Position numbers and translations under genes: made by a program. From IMG/VR virus record IMGVR_UViG_3300020186_000013, positions 1-64,000 of that record: a DNA stretch of 64,000 nt; one strand, 5' to 3'. Below the pieces are notes generated by a model, which did not search any database, was not told the DNA's origin, and was given only the letters and a program-made list of their open reading frames with translations. Position 1 is the stretch's first letter. Every line of letters starts with the position of its first letter. Shown here one piece after another: positions 18,664-28,332 of the stretch.

Positions 18664-20444
18664 AGGCTCGCCTCCGTGCTCGTGTTGGAGAAGGGCGGTG
18701 CCGCCTTCTCTTTCTTCTTCGGTGCGGTGTTACCCTTCGGCGTGGCGGCAGCACTGTTGTTATCCTCTTCCGGCTCGTTGTCCTTGGCTACGCCGTTGGC
18801 CTCCGCGAGGGTCATGATGGTCGCACCCTGGATGCAGTACAGTTTCGACATGTTCTTAATGCGGTTGAACTCGCCCTCGATCTTGACGATCTTCCGCGAG
18901 TTCGGTGGCTTGCGGCGGTACTTGGTGACATCGAAGACGCAGAACTGATTTCCGTCCTTCGTCGCCGGGCCGGTGACGATGCAGAAGTCCGCGAACATGC
19001 CCACGGTCTTGCACTCGTCGCCGTCGGTGTGATGGAACTGGGCCGAGGGTCCCCGCTCGTTAGCCGACCCGGAGAACTGGTGGACGATCCACACCGGGCA
19101 GCCCAGAGGCACACCGATGAAATCGACGGCCTGCTTCGGGGCACGCTTGAGGATGTGCCGCTTGTTGTCGTCCGTGAACTTGTCGTCCGACCCGACCATG
19201 TTGTCGATCATGGCCGCGAGGTGGTCAATCCACACCACAGTAATCTGGCACTTGTCGAGAGCCGCTTGGGCCTTCAGTCGAGCGGCCAGCTCCAGCATGC
19301 CGCCGCACCCCTTCGGGTTGATCTCCGACCCGACGCTAGTCATGTCCAAGAAGATGCCGTGCTTACGGATCAGCTCGACCGCCGCTTCGACACGCTCCCA
19401 CTCGCCCATCAGCGACGCCGGGTCGACACCCTTCGCGATCTCCGTCGCGTACAACGTCTCCTCGTACTTCTGGAGGGGCAACTCGCCCGTCTTCCGAAGG
19501 TCCTGCATCGTGGCGACGCTGGCGACGCCGAGCATCCGGTCGCGTGAGATGTCGGCCAGGAATGCAAGGCACCGCTGGCGGACCTCGTTCTTCTTGGTCT
19601 CGTACGTGGCGTACACAGCCTTATACAGGACCCGCGTCTCACTGCCCGCCGCCTCGTACGCCGCGTTCTCGGTCACCGTCCGGTCGTGAGCGGCCTTGAC
19701 GCTGACACAGAACGCCTGGACGGCCAGGGTCGTCTTACAGGACGAGAACGGGCCGAAGAACAGGTAACACTCACCTGCCGTCTGCCCGCCAATGAACTCG
19801 TCGAGCACGCTGACGCCAGTGGACTCCAACTTGGGCTGCGTCTCGTGCTGCCAGCCGTCGTCGAACAGGGCGTCGGTCAGGGCGTTAGAGTCCTCAGCAG
19901 CCGACGCGATGGAAGCGACCTTGTCCTGGAGCACCTGCATCAGGTTGTTCGAGACGGTGCCATCGCGAATCAGAAGTGACAGATCCCCGGCCACCAACTC
20001 GTCCTTGAACTGGCGGACGACCTTGGTCGCCTCCTTGGCGTGCATCGTCGACGTGGTGACGTCATAGTCCTGCCAGGTGGCGGGCTCGAAGATGTAGCCC
20101 TTGATGAACTCCTCGCACTCGTCGATCTCGTCCTCGGTCAGGAGGGTCGGGTAGGCGATGAGTTCGTTGTTGACGTCGGTCAGGAGAATCTGTGCGTCGG
20201 GCAGCTGCTGCGTCTGCTTGTAACACTTACGGACGCACCGCCAGATGACGGCGTAGAACTCACCCATCTTCGCGACGTCGGCGTCCTTGAGCACCTTGTG
20301 AGCGAACTCGAACACCGTCGGGTTGCGGACGGCAACCGCGAACATGAGCTGCTTCTTGAGGAGCGACAGCATGCCCCGCCGGCCAATTTTGGCCAAGGGC
20401 TCGCCGTCCTCCGACAAGATCTTGGAGGTCTTATGCTTCGCCAT
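18660..20444 (-). CDS. DnaB-like replicative helicase
   Basis: TGVSVLDEFIGG, Walker A GPFSSCKTT, TYET, Walker B VWIDHL, IVHQ, TKYR; next to primase. Confidence 0.8.
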   Translation of the reverse strand: MAKHKTSKILSEDGEPLAKIGRRGMLSLLKKQLMFAVAVRNPTVFEFAHKVLKDADVAKMGEFYAVIWRCVRKCYKQTQQLPDAQILLTDVNNELIAYPTLLTEDEIDECEEFIKGYIFEPATWQDYDVTTSTMHAKEATKVVRQFKDELVAGDLSLLIRDGTVSNNLMQVLQDKVASIASAAEDSNALTDALFDDGWQHETQPKLESTGVSVLDEFIGGQTAGECYLFFGPFSSCKTTLAVQAFCVSVKAAHDRTVTENAAYEAAGSETRVLYKAVYATYETKKNEVRQRCLAFLADISRDRMLGVASVATMQDLRKTGELPLQKYEETLYATEIAKGVDPASLMGEWERVEAAVELIRKHGIFLDMTSVGSEINPKGCGGMLELAARLKAQAALDKCQITVVWIDHLAAMIDNMVGSDDKFTDDNKRHILKRAPKQAVDFIGVPLGCPVWIVHQFSGSANERGPSAQFHHTDGDECKTVGMFADFCIVTGPATKDGNQFCVFDVTKYRRKPPNSRKIVKIEGEFNRIKNMSKLYCIQGATIMTLAEANGVAKDNEPEEDNNSAAATPKGNTAPKKKEKAAPPFSNTSTEASL

Positions 20445-20463
20445 TCTGTTTCACGCTCCTAGT

Positions 20464-21300
20464 TTACGTTCCTTTACCGAACGTCTCCGTGTAAAGACCG
20501 CGAGCATTGGCCACGAAGTCATCAGGCAAGAGACGACGCCAGTGCTTGAGGTATTGGGTTCTCTTTGACCAGAACTGAATGACCGCCCCTCGTTCGTGCA
20601 GGTTGGCAATCCTGTCGAATTCCGAGTTCTGTTCACTCAGCTCACGAGCAAGGCAATAACGAAACAGTGCGGACAGTTCCAGCTGCGGGTTAAGGAGGAC
20701 CAGGTACTGCGAGTTAAGCATCGTTTGCTTACCGCAGAGGTGCAGGAAGTTGATCTCCCGCATCGCCGTACTGGCTTGGTTCAGCAACGCATTCTTAACC
20801 AACACCCCGTTGGCGTCCGACAGCTCACACTCCCGGTAATAGTTCAGCCACGTTTTCGACAACAGCTGGTTAGGCTCCGGCGGGCAGTGGTCACCAAAGG
20901 CAGTCTTGGCGTGGTTGTCCGACGCATAGCCGAACACGCAGTGCGTGTACTCGACTGGGTCGATCTCCAGGGCTATGAACTTTCTCGCCAACTTCGGCCA
21001 CAAGGGGGCGGCGTTCTTCCCCTCCACGACAACGCCTTCAACCTCCACGGCACCGCCGCCCCGGTCGTAAAGCTGCGGCACCGTGTATCGGGTCAGTGTA
21101 CCGTTCAAGTATGTGTCGAAGGCACTCCGAGCATCAACATACGCTTCCCGCAGACGCAGGCCAATAGCCTCCTCTGCGGCGGTGACCTCCGCAACCGGCG
21201 GGGCCTTCTTCCTCTTGCGTGGCGACGGCTGATCGTCCGTGACGAGCCGACTCCGGGAATGGTCATTTTGCATGGTATTAACCCCACAACATTTTTTCAC
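20464..21300 (-). CDS. hypothetical protein between helicases
   Basis: 278-aa ORF in replication operon. Confidence 0.65.
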   Translation of the reverse strand: MKKCCGVNTMQNDHSRSRLVTDDQPSPRKRKKAPPVAEVTAAEEAIGLRLREAYVDARSAFDTYLNGTLTRYTVPQLYDRGGGAVEVEGVVVEGKNAAPLWPKLARKFIALEIDPVEYTHCVFGYASDNHAKTAFGDHCPPEPNQLLSKTWLNYYRECELSDANGVLVKNALLNQASTAMREINFLHLCGKQTMLNSQYLVLLNPQLELSALFRYCLARELSEQNSEFDRIANLHERGAVIQFWSKRTQYLKHWRRLLPDDFVANARGLYTETFGKGT

Positions 21301-22813
21301 GGAGCGATCCGGGCAACGGAGTATCGAGAGTCTTGATCTTCCACCGCAGAGCCTTGTAACTCTCCTTCCGACCGTCGGACTTCATATTCATCCCACGATT
21401 GAACTTGTCGACGTAGTCGTGAATGATCGCGAACTCCTTGTCCTCGTGCGTACGGCTGGTCCGACCAGGGACCTGGCTGTCGGCGATCCGGCTACCGCCT
21501 GCGTCGCCCCGCACCAACACACTCAGCCGCTTCGAGCTGAACCCGACGCCGAGCACGTCCGTCGAGATGAAGATCGGTATCTCGGCATCCCTGGCCTGCC
21601 GCGTCAGCATCACCCGTCTATCCACTGTCATCTCAGGCAGGTCGTCGATCGGCAGATTCCACCCGCGTAACTTGTTCACGAATGCCGGCGGCAGCTCCCG
21701 CTCCGAGTAGATCAGCGGCGGGTTGACGCCCTTCTTCTGGAACCGGATGAGCAACCGCAGGGCGTGTTCGAGCGTCTTGACATACACCATGACCGGGTCG
21801 TCTGGGTACGACGTCGCGTCCTTGACGATCAGGTCGTTTCGGTAGTCGTTGGACCAGACGCCGTGCCGCAGTTTGTCGGTGCCGATGCGGTCTCCGCAAG
21901 GGTCGACGTCCAGGATCACCTTGCGGAACCGGACCTCGATCGGAGCAACGCCACCGGCGGCGACAGCCTCCTGGTAGTGAACCTTCATCCGCACCGGCCC
22001 AAACATCCCCTCAACCCGCATGTCCTTCCCATCCATCCGCATGTCCATGGTCGCCGACAGGCCGTACATGCGGGGCTGACCGGGGATGAGGCCCATCTGG
22101 GTCGCGTAGTAGTCGGACCCGGCTTCGTGGCACTCGTCGAAGACGATGATGTCGTACGGGTCGTCGGCGACGAGGTGGGGGAGGCAGCCGGCACTGAAGC
22201 ACATGACCCGCTTACCACGGTCACGCTTGCCCGAGCAGACGAGGCCGACGGACGGGAGGTTGAGTCGCAACTCCGGGTAGATCTGGTCCCGGAGAATGGC
22301 GAGCCGCTTGCTCACAATCGCGATGCGGGCCGTCGGGAGCAGCTTGCAGATGCACCGAAGCAGGAAGCTCTTGCCCCACCCCGTCGGGCAATCGAACCGC
22401 CCGTTGTCGTACGTGACCAGCTTGGCCAGAAACTCGTCCTGGCGTTCCTTGAGCACCACGCCACTGTCGAACAGGTGGTCCCACAGCGGCTCGAACACCT
22501 TGGGGTTCTTGTGAGGCGTCAGGTTCTTCTCACGGACGGTGTAGCCCGCCTTCTTGAGCAGGACCGTCAAGCGGTCGGAGAACCCGTACGACGTGGCGAT
22601 CCGCCCCTTGTGGTCGTCCACGAAGCACTCCCATAGATTCTCCTCGAACGGGAGACGACCATTACGCTTCGCGTCGTACAGGTCCTTACCGTACAGGAAC
22701 TCCTTCTCCAAGAACGTCAGGGCCGGCTCGACGATTTGTCGGATGGCCGGCGTGGTCGGCTCAACCACGATCCGGTTCTGGGACCGGAGTAGCATTACTT
22801 CCGGCATTTTCAT
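21278..22813 (-). CDS. superfamily 2 helicase (UvsW/Hef-like)
   Basis: PTGWGKS, DECH, SAT, STDVLGVGF, QVPGRTSR. Confidence 0.9.
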   Translation of the reverse strand: MKMPEVMLLRSQNRIVVEPTTPAIRQIVEPALTFLEKEFLYGKDLYDAKRNGRLPFEENLWECFVDDHKGRIATSYGFSDRLTVLLKKAGYTVREKNLTPHKNPKVFEPLWDHLFDSGVVLKERQDEFLAKLVTYDNGRFDCPTGWGKSFLLRCICKLLPTARIAIVSKRLAILRDQIYPELRLNLPSVGLVCSGKRDRGKRVMCFSAGCLPHLVADDPYDIIVFDECHEAGSDYYATQMGLIPGQPRMYGLSATMDMRMDGKDMRVEGMFGPVRMKVHYQEAVAAGGVAPIEVRFRKVILDVDPCGDRIGTDKLRHGVWSNDYRNDLIVKDATSYPDDPVMVYVKTLEHALRLLIRFQKKGVNPPLIYSERELPPAFVNKLRGWNLPIDDLPEMTVDRRVMLTRQARDAEIPIFISTDVLGVGFSSKRLSVLVRGDAGGSRIADSQVPGRTSRTHEDKEFAIIHDYVDKFNRGMNMKSDGRKESYKALRWKIKTLDTPLPGSLREKMLWG

Positions 22814-22866
22814 CCTTTCAGTTGTGCGGAGCGTTGAAACGGCGTGAGACGACAGCTAGAATTGGC

Positions 22867-23487
22867 TCAGGCAAGCTCGTCTGTTTCACACGAGAATGAG
22901 CCGTCGAGTTGGCAACTCGGCGGCTCGTTCTGTTTCTCCGGACCGCCGGATTCCATGTCTTGTTCGTGCTGCCTCCGTCGCGGACGCAACCCCTCTACCC
23001 CGAAGAAACCGTACTCCCCTGGCTTCCAAGGCGACAAGCCTCGGTACTGCCCAGAGAGTGCCATCAGACGCCAAAAGTCGTCGTCCGTTATTGTACTGGG
23101 GACGACGCAATTCAGCCCCACCACCTGACCGGCCAGAAACGCCTCATGTACGACGTACCGACGCTTCCCGTTGGACGCCCAGTAATACCGCCTATACCAG
23201 CCGTCGCCCTGCGGCAGGCCATCCACGTTGATGTCCCAAAGGATTTTGCCGACCTCGTCCTGATGCTTGCCCAGGAGCTGAGCGGCGAACCGCATATTGG
23301 CATGGTGCCAGCTCGCCAGGAACGTGACAGTCCCCGACGGGCTACGCGGCAGGGTGAAGGAGGCATCCTTCGCCCGACTCTTCACGCTACCCAGGCAATG
23401 CTTGGTGAAACTGATCCGGACCGTGAGTTCTCGCATGGCATCCTGCCCCAGTGTGTCCAATCTACCCGGACATGTCGCACGGCTCAA
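22867..23487 (-). CDS. RAMP (Cas7/Csm3-like) fold candidate
   Basis: N-terminal strand VRISFTKHCLG, FLASW..ANMR, E.F.AG..V.L, C-terminal Gly-rich loop GQYRGLSPWKPGEYGFF. Confidence 0.5.
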   Translation of the reverse strand: MSRATCPGRLDTLGQDAMRELTVRISFTKHCLGSVKSRAKDASFTLPRSPSGTVTFLASWHHANMRFAAQLLGKHQDEVGKILWDINVDGLPQGDGWYRRYYWASNGKRRYVVHEAFLAGQVVGLNCVVPSTITDDDFWRLMALSGQYRGLSPWKPGEYGFFGVEGLRPRRRQHEQDMESGGPEKQNEPPSCQLDGSFSCETDELA

Positions 23488-24470
23488 ACTGCGTTGTCGA
23501 GCGTCCGGAGGTGTACCGAGTAAGCGTCAACCTCTTCCGCACTCTTGAAGAACGACGACGGCAAGAAACCGCCCTCGGGGCGTGGGGCAGCGACTTCGCC
23601 GGACCACACCTCGTACAAGAACCGAACATACCGTCGCGTAGCTGCCATGGTCCCCTTGTGTGCCCCGCCAGCTGCCGCGTGTGCCCGCCACAGGAAGTGC
23701 TGCGGCCGAGTCCTATCCGTAACGCCGGTCCGCCCCAGCCACGACCGCATCAGCACCGTCAACCAATCGAAGTTCCGATCCCTGTCGTTGAAGTTCGTCA
23801 TCCAAGCGTGCATATTCTTGGGCGTCAGTCCCAGGTGCACATACAGCCGGCTCAGCCGGTGGGGCCGGGTCGGGTGCCGGAACCACCTCGGGTCGACGAT
23901 GCGGGCGGCAAGGAGGCACGCCGCGTCGTGGTCGCCCGACGGAATGAACGACACCGCCGGCCACAGCGGGTGGTAGCGGAAGATCCGCCGCACCTGCTCG
24001 TCGACCTCACCCTTGTTGTCTTTCAACGCCGCGATGATGGCGTACGTCGTGTAGTCCTTGTCACTCAGGTCGTGCCAGCACCCCGATGGCAGGACGGCGT
24101 ACTGCTGCCACAGGTGTGACAGCACGCGGGCCGGGCTGCCCCGGTCCTCGGCCGTGGGGCACACCATGGGGCTGCCCAGGACAACCCGCTGCCCGCGAGA
24201 CAGCGACTTGTTACGCACCCGCATATGGTGCAGGTACACGATCAACTCTGCGTTCGACGGCACCCCGAGGAGTCGGATCAGTCGAACCGACCCCAAGTTC
24301 ACGCCCAGCCACTTCAGCTTGTCGAAAAAGACGGCGACGGTACAGCGGGAGTTCTCCCCCACCGCACCGTCGTGCCCGTACCAGACGTGGCCCTGGTCGT
24401 CCGTGTGCAACCGCAGCAAGTCCACGACCGACGCGACGTCTTCTTCAAGCGGGACAAGGGGCATGGTCAC
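23484..24470 (-). CDS. Nop/IS110 C-terminal-domain protein (Tas-like)
   Basis: HPLWPAVSFIP.GD..AACLLAARIVDPRWF...SRLYVHLGLTP and H.G..AA.RR.VRFLYEVW; no DEDD RuvC recognised. Confidence 0.55.
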   Translation of the reverse strand: MTMPLVPLEEDVASVVDLLRLHTDDQGHVWYGHDGAVGENSRCTVAVFFDKLKWLGVNLGSVRLIRLLGVPSNAELIVYLHHMRVRNKSLSRGQRVVLGSPMVCPTAEDRGSPARVLSHLWQQYAVLPSGCWHDLSDKDYTTYAIIAALKDNKGEVDEQVRRIFRYHPLWPAVSFIPSGDHDAACLLAARIVDPRWFRHPTRPHRLSRLYVHLGLTPKNMHAWMTNFNDRDRNFDWLTVLMRSWLGRTGVTDRTRPQHFLWRAHAAAGGAHKGTMAATRRYVRFLYEVWSGEVAAPRPEGGFLPSSFFKSAEEVDAYSVHLRTLDNAV

Positions 24471-26599
24471 GCCTTCAGTTGGATCACCCGGTCGAACGCG
24501 GCCTTCAGCCCCTCGGCGTGGGTGATCACAATGAGTTGCTGCTTGCCCTTCACCTTCTTCGAGAAGTAGGTGATTGCCTGGGCAAGGAACTTGATGTTCT
24601 CGTCGTCCAAGTTGGCCGTCGGTTCGTCAAGCACGAGCATACCAAGACCCGACCGGTAGAGCGAGTTCACTGTGATCCAGAAGGCCACCGAAAGCACGCC
24701 CTTCTGCCCGCCCGACAGGGCCTCGGCCCGGTGCGGCGGGTCGCCCGGCTTGTGCACCAGGAAACTCAGTTCGGTGTCGGTCTCAACCCAGAACGGTGCC
24801 CCGAACAACTCCAACCCCTTGTTGACGTCCCCCTCCATCCGAGTCAGGTTGGCCTGGGCCACGGCCTGGGGCAGGGCCTGTTTGTGGAAGATGTCGCGGG
24901 TCAGTTGCAGGACCTTGGTCATCTCCTTCAGCTTGCGGCTCCGCTTCATGCGGGCCTTGGCCTGCTCGTACTGCGTCTTCTTGGCGGCGATCTGCGTGTT
25001 GATGCCGACCAGCTGGCCCTCCAGGTTGGCGATCTCCAGCTCGGCCGTGCGATGCTCCTTCAAGCGGATTTTGGCCTTCACCAACACCTCGTCGAGTACC
25101 TGGTTCTCGGACGCCGTCGTCAACAACTCGCGGATGTGACTGTCAACCGCAGCGAGCTGGGCCTCCTTCCGCGTCACCAACTTGGTCAGCCCCTCCCACT
25201 GCTTCTTCGCCCCCTCGGTCACCTCGGCGTTCTTCTCGTAGACCCGGATCGTCTCGGCCAGCTCCTCCTTGTCGCCGTCCGGGTACTGGAGGTCCTTGAT
25301 CGCCGCAAGGGCCTCCTCGTTCTCCTTGACCGCTGCGTCGTTGGTCGCCTTCCACTCGTTGTACTTGGCAAGGCTGGACTCGTACTCCTTCCAATGGGAG
25401 ATCAAAGATTGCAACTCGCTGATCTGGCCGGGGCGGTCGTTGTTGATGCCCCGTAGGTGCTTCAAGTGCGACTCAATCGCCGCGATCTCGGTGCTGCACG
25501 TCGGGCAATACATCATGCCCTTCTGGGAGAACAACGCGAGCGTCTTCTTGGCCTCCATCAGCTCCTGCGAGTACGCCGCCAGCTTCTGCTCGGCGTTGAC
25601 CGGCGGGGCCTTGGGCTTGAACGGCGGCTCCTTCTTCACCGTCAACAGCTTCTTACGTTCGAGCAACTTCTGCTTGCGGGCCTGCTGCTTCTCGCACTGC
25701 TCGAACGCCGCCAAGGCCGAGCGGGCCATGGTGGCGGGCTGGGCCATCGCGTCCGTCGCCTTCTTCAACCCCTCGTACGCCTTCTCCTGCTTCTTCGCGT
25801 TGGTGGTGACGCCACGCAACTCCTCACCTAGCGTGTCCGACTCCAGCTTAAGCGGCCCGAGGCGGGTCAGAGCCGCCGCCTGGCGTTCCGCCCGACGCAG
25901 GATCTCCTCGGCGTTCTCCTTGCGGGTCGGTTCGAGCTGCTTCTCCTTCTCCAAGGTGATCCGCAGGTTGATGTCGTCCCTCTGGTCCTTCAGCTCGCCG
26001 ATCTCGTGCGTCAACTCGTCCGTGTTGTCGACGGCCTGGTCGATGGCCTCGCGGTCCTTGGCGATCACCGACGCGAGCACGTCCTGCACCGTCTCGCAGT
26101 GCTCGGTGCCGTTCAAGGCCATGTACGCCTTGGCCCGGATGGCCGGCGTCGTGTGCAGGAAGTCGTCGAGGGCACCATCGACGGTCCCCGGCTGTCGCTT
26201 GAACACGGCGAAGTCAAGGATCTTCTTGTCGATGCCCAGACGCCGCAGCCGCTCCGTGCCTTCCTTGTCCGACGTGATGAGCTTCTCGTCGTTGACCTTC
26301 AGCTCGTACTTCGCCGGCCGCAGGGACCGTTTGATCGCGATGGTAGCGTCGTCGTGAACGATGGTCACCCGGATCGCCGACTCGTCGTCCTTGGTCGAGC
26401 GGTTGTTGATGACGTCCGTCCGGACGCCGTCGAACCGGCTAAAGTCGTTCGTGATGGCCGCGTAGATGGCGTCCACCAGGGTCGACTTGCCGGCCCCGTT
26501 GTCGGCCAAGATCACGTTGGCCCCGCGATCGAACTCGAAATCGTGCCGCCCGTAGAACGGCCCGATGTTCGTCAACGCCGCCTTTGTGATGTACATCAC
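24467..26599 (-). CDS. Rad50/SbcC-like SMC ATPase
   Basis: DNGAGKST, coiled coil with CPTC zinc hook, LSGGQ, LVLDEPT, ITH. Confidence 0.92.
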   Translation of the reverse strand: MMYITKAALTNIGPFYGRHDFEFDRGANVILADNGAGKSTLVDAIYAAITNDFSRFDGVRTDVINNRSTKDDESAIRVTIVHDDATIAIKRSLRPAKYELKVNDEKLITSDKEGTERLRRLGIDKKILDFAVFKRQPGTVDGALDDFLHTTPAIRAKAYMALNGTEHCETVQDVLASVIAKDREAIDQAVDNTDELTHEIGELKDQRDDINLRITLEKEKQLEPTRKENAEEILRRAERQAAALTRLGPLKLESDTLGEELRGVTTNAKKQEKAYEGLKKATDAMAQPATMARSALAAFEQCEKQQARKQKLLERKKLLTVKKEPPFKPKAPPVNAEQKLAAYSQELMEAKKTLALFSQKGMMYCPTCSTEIAAIESHLKHLRGINNDRPGQISELQSLISHWKEYESSLAKYNEWKATNDAAVKENEEALAAIKDLQYPDGDKEELAETIRVYEKNAEVTEGAKKQWEGLTKLVTRKEAQLAAVDSHIRELLTTASENQVLDEVLVKAKIRLKEHRTAELEIANLEGQLVGINTQIAAKKTQYEQAKARMKRSRKLKEMTKVLQLTRDIFHKQALPQAVAQANLTRMEGDVNKGLELFGAPFWVETDTELSFLVHKPGDPPHRAEALSGGQKGVLSVAFWITVNSLYRSGLGMLVLDEPTANLDDENIKFLAQAITYFSKKVKGKQQLIVITHAEGLKAAFDRVIQLKA

Positions 26600-27780
26600 C
26601 CCTCCAGTTGTTTAACACGCCAAGCCTCGATCTCGCGACGGACCTCTTCGGCACTCGTCTTGTTGATTAGAAGCTCGACCAGTTCTGTCACCTCGACCGT
26701 CAACCCCGACATGCCGTTGTCGACCAGGAACTGCTCGACGTACGGCCGGAACGTGTTCTCCAGGGACGCCACGCGGCCCTTGACGTCGACGACCGTGCTC
26801 TTGCCGTCGACCTTCTCCGGGCGTACCTCGCTCGGGAACAGGTGCACCCGGTCGCCGACCGCCTTCTGGATGCGTCGCCACGCCCCAGTCACCGACGCCG
26901 AGTACGCTACCCGCATGAGCGGCCGGAGCATGTCCTCCGGCAGGTTCGCGTTGGCACCCCGAGCGTACGCCTCGTCGATGAACCGCTCGATCTCTTCCAG
27001 GAACTCGGTCATGTCCTCCTCGGATAAGACCGACGCCGTGAGCATCTGCCGGGTGACCAGCGGGATACGGCGGAACGACCCGTCACTGCGGAAGGCGACG
27101 AAGAACTTGTCCTGGGGCTCGATGATGCTCTGGACCGACATCGACCCCGGATTGGTCACCAGGATCTTCTGCCCGTCCTTGCCGATCAACGTCTTGACGA
27201 TGGACTCGCCGTGGTAATCGCCGGTTGCCACGCGAACGATCGGCAGCGGGATGTCTGCGGCCGACATCTGGGGCGACGCGATGCTCCCCATGAAGTCCCC
27301 CCAGCACTGGTGCAGGAACAGCCCAGTCGCCTCACCGGGGATCTCGTTGGTCAGCCAGTCCTGGATTTCCGCCGCCGGGGCGTAGTCGTGGCCGGCCCAC
27401 ACAAAGTCGCCGATGGTGACGACCTTCTTGTGGACGTGCTGCACCATCGCGTCGTTGTCGAACAGCCACGGCAGCACGCCAGGACCGGCGTGGTCGTGGT
27501 TGCCCTGGATGAACAGGAAGTTGACGCCCCCGCCCGCCAGCTCCTTGAGCTTCATGCGGAGGGGGGTGACCGCCATGCTCAGGTTGCGGGCACGGTCCAG
27601 GGAGTCGCCGAGGTCGACGACCGTCTGGACAGTGGGGCTGTTGGTCGCGTAGTCGATGACCTGCTGCAATGCGTGCAGCGAGTCGTCAATGCCGCGACTC
27701 GGGTAGCCGCCCCCGCAGTGGAGGTCGGCGTAGAGCACGGCGATGTCTTTCGGCTCGGTGGTAGCCTTCGTCTTTGCCAT
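26596..27780 (-). CDS. Mre11/SbcD-like metallophosphoesterase nuclease
   Basis: ADLH, GDSLD, GNHD, LHQ, GDYH, NPGS. Confidence 0.9.
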   Translation of the reverse strand: MAKTKATTEPKDIAVLYADLHCGGGYPSRGIDDSLHALQQVIDYATNSPTVQTVVDLGDSLDRARNLSMAVTPLRMKLKELAGGGVNFLFIQGNHDHAGPGVLPWLFDNDAMVQHVHKKVVTIGDFVWAGHDYAPAAEIQDWLTNEIPGEATGLFLHQCWGDFMGSIASPQMSAADIPLPIVRVATGDYHGESIVKTLIGKDGQKILVTNPGSMSVQSIIEPQDKFFVAFRSDGSFRRIPLVTRQMLTASVLSEEDMTEFLEEIERFIDEAYARGANANLPEDMLRPLMRVAYSASVTGAWRRIQKAVGDRVHLFPSEVRPEKVDGKSTVVDVKGRVASLENTFRPYVEQFLVDNGMSGLTVEVTELVELLINKTSAEEVRREIEAWRVKQLEG

Positions 27781-27785
27781 GAATC

Positions 27786-27801
27786 TAGAATCCAGTTATT
27801 A
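27786..27801. promoter_or_regulatory. degenerate palindromic site TAGAATCCAGTTATTA
   Basis: Gene junction; variant of recurrent 16-mer. Confidence 0.45.
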
Positions 27802-28332
27802 GGTCCTGATCTTCTTCACGATCTCTGTCGTACTCATGCCGTCGAGCATCGGGGCGAACAGCACGCACCCGCCGTTCTTGATGACGAAGTCCTCGCCGAC
27901 GATGTCCTCGTCGTCGTAGTAGCCGCCGCCCTTGATGAGCAGGTCGGGCCTAATCGTCTCGATCAGCTGGAGAGGCGTCGACTCCTCGAAGCCCGTCACC
28001 CAGTCCACGCCCTTGACCTGCCGCACAGCCTCGGCCCGCTGCTTGAACGCGACGATCGGTCGGCCCTCGCCCTTGAGCTGCCTCACCGAGTGGTCGGAGT
28101 TCAACGCGACCACGAGCATCATCTTCTCGGGGTCGAGCCACGTCCGCGTCTTGGCGTACCGCAGCACGGCGAGGTGCCCGGCGTGAAGTAGGTCGAAGCA
28201 CCCGTTGACGACGACGACGAAACCATCCATCGCCTTCCATTCCTTCACCCGGTTCTTGAGCGGCCCGTCCTGGTGCCACATGCAGACATTCTCGTCCCTC
28301 AGCATCTCACAGTAACGACTACCCGTGGTCAT
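27799..28332 (-). CDS. rfaE2: D-glycero-beta-D-manno-heptose 1-phosphate adenylyltransferase (HldE domain II)
   Basis: NGCFDLLHAGH, VVALNSD.SVRQLKGEGRP, RPDLLIKGG, STTEIV. Confidence 0.85.
   Translation of the reverse strand: MTTGSRYCEMLRDENVCMWHQDGPLKNRVKEWKAMDGFVVVVNGCFDLLHAGHLAVLRYAKTRTWLDPEKMMLVVALNSDHSVRQLKGEGRPIVAFKQRAEAVRQVKGVDWVTGFEESTPLQLIETIRPDLLIKGGGYYDDEDIVGEDFVIKNGGCVLFAPMLDGMSTTEIVKKIRT

Noticed and set aside
22815-24470. TIGR-type or GGYNN pentamer guide array beside the Nop/RAMP genes
   Set aside because: Searched by eye; no periodic 36-nt or 5-nt array found, only a single hairpin with one repeat pair.
23484-24470. Active IS110 insertion sequence
   Set aside because: No DEDD RuvC or catalytic Ser motif, no non-coding ends, and the gene is coupled to neighbours on both sides.
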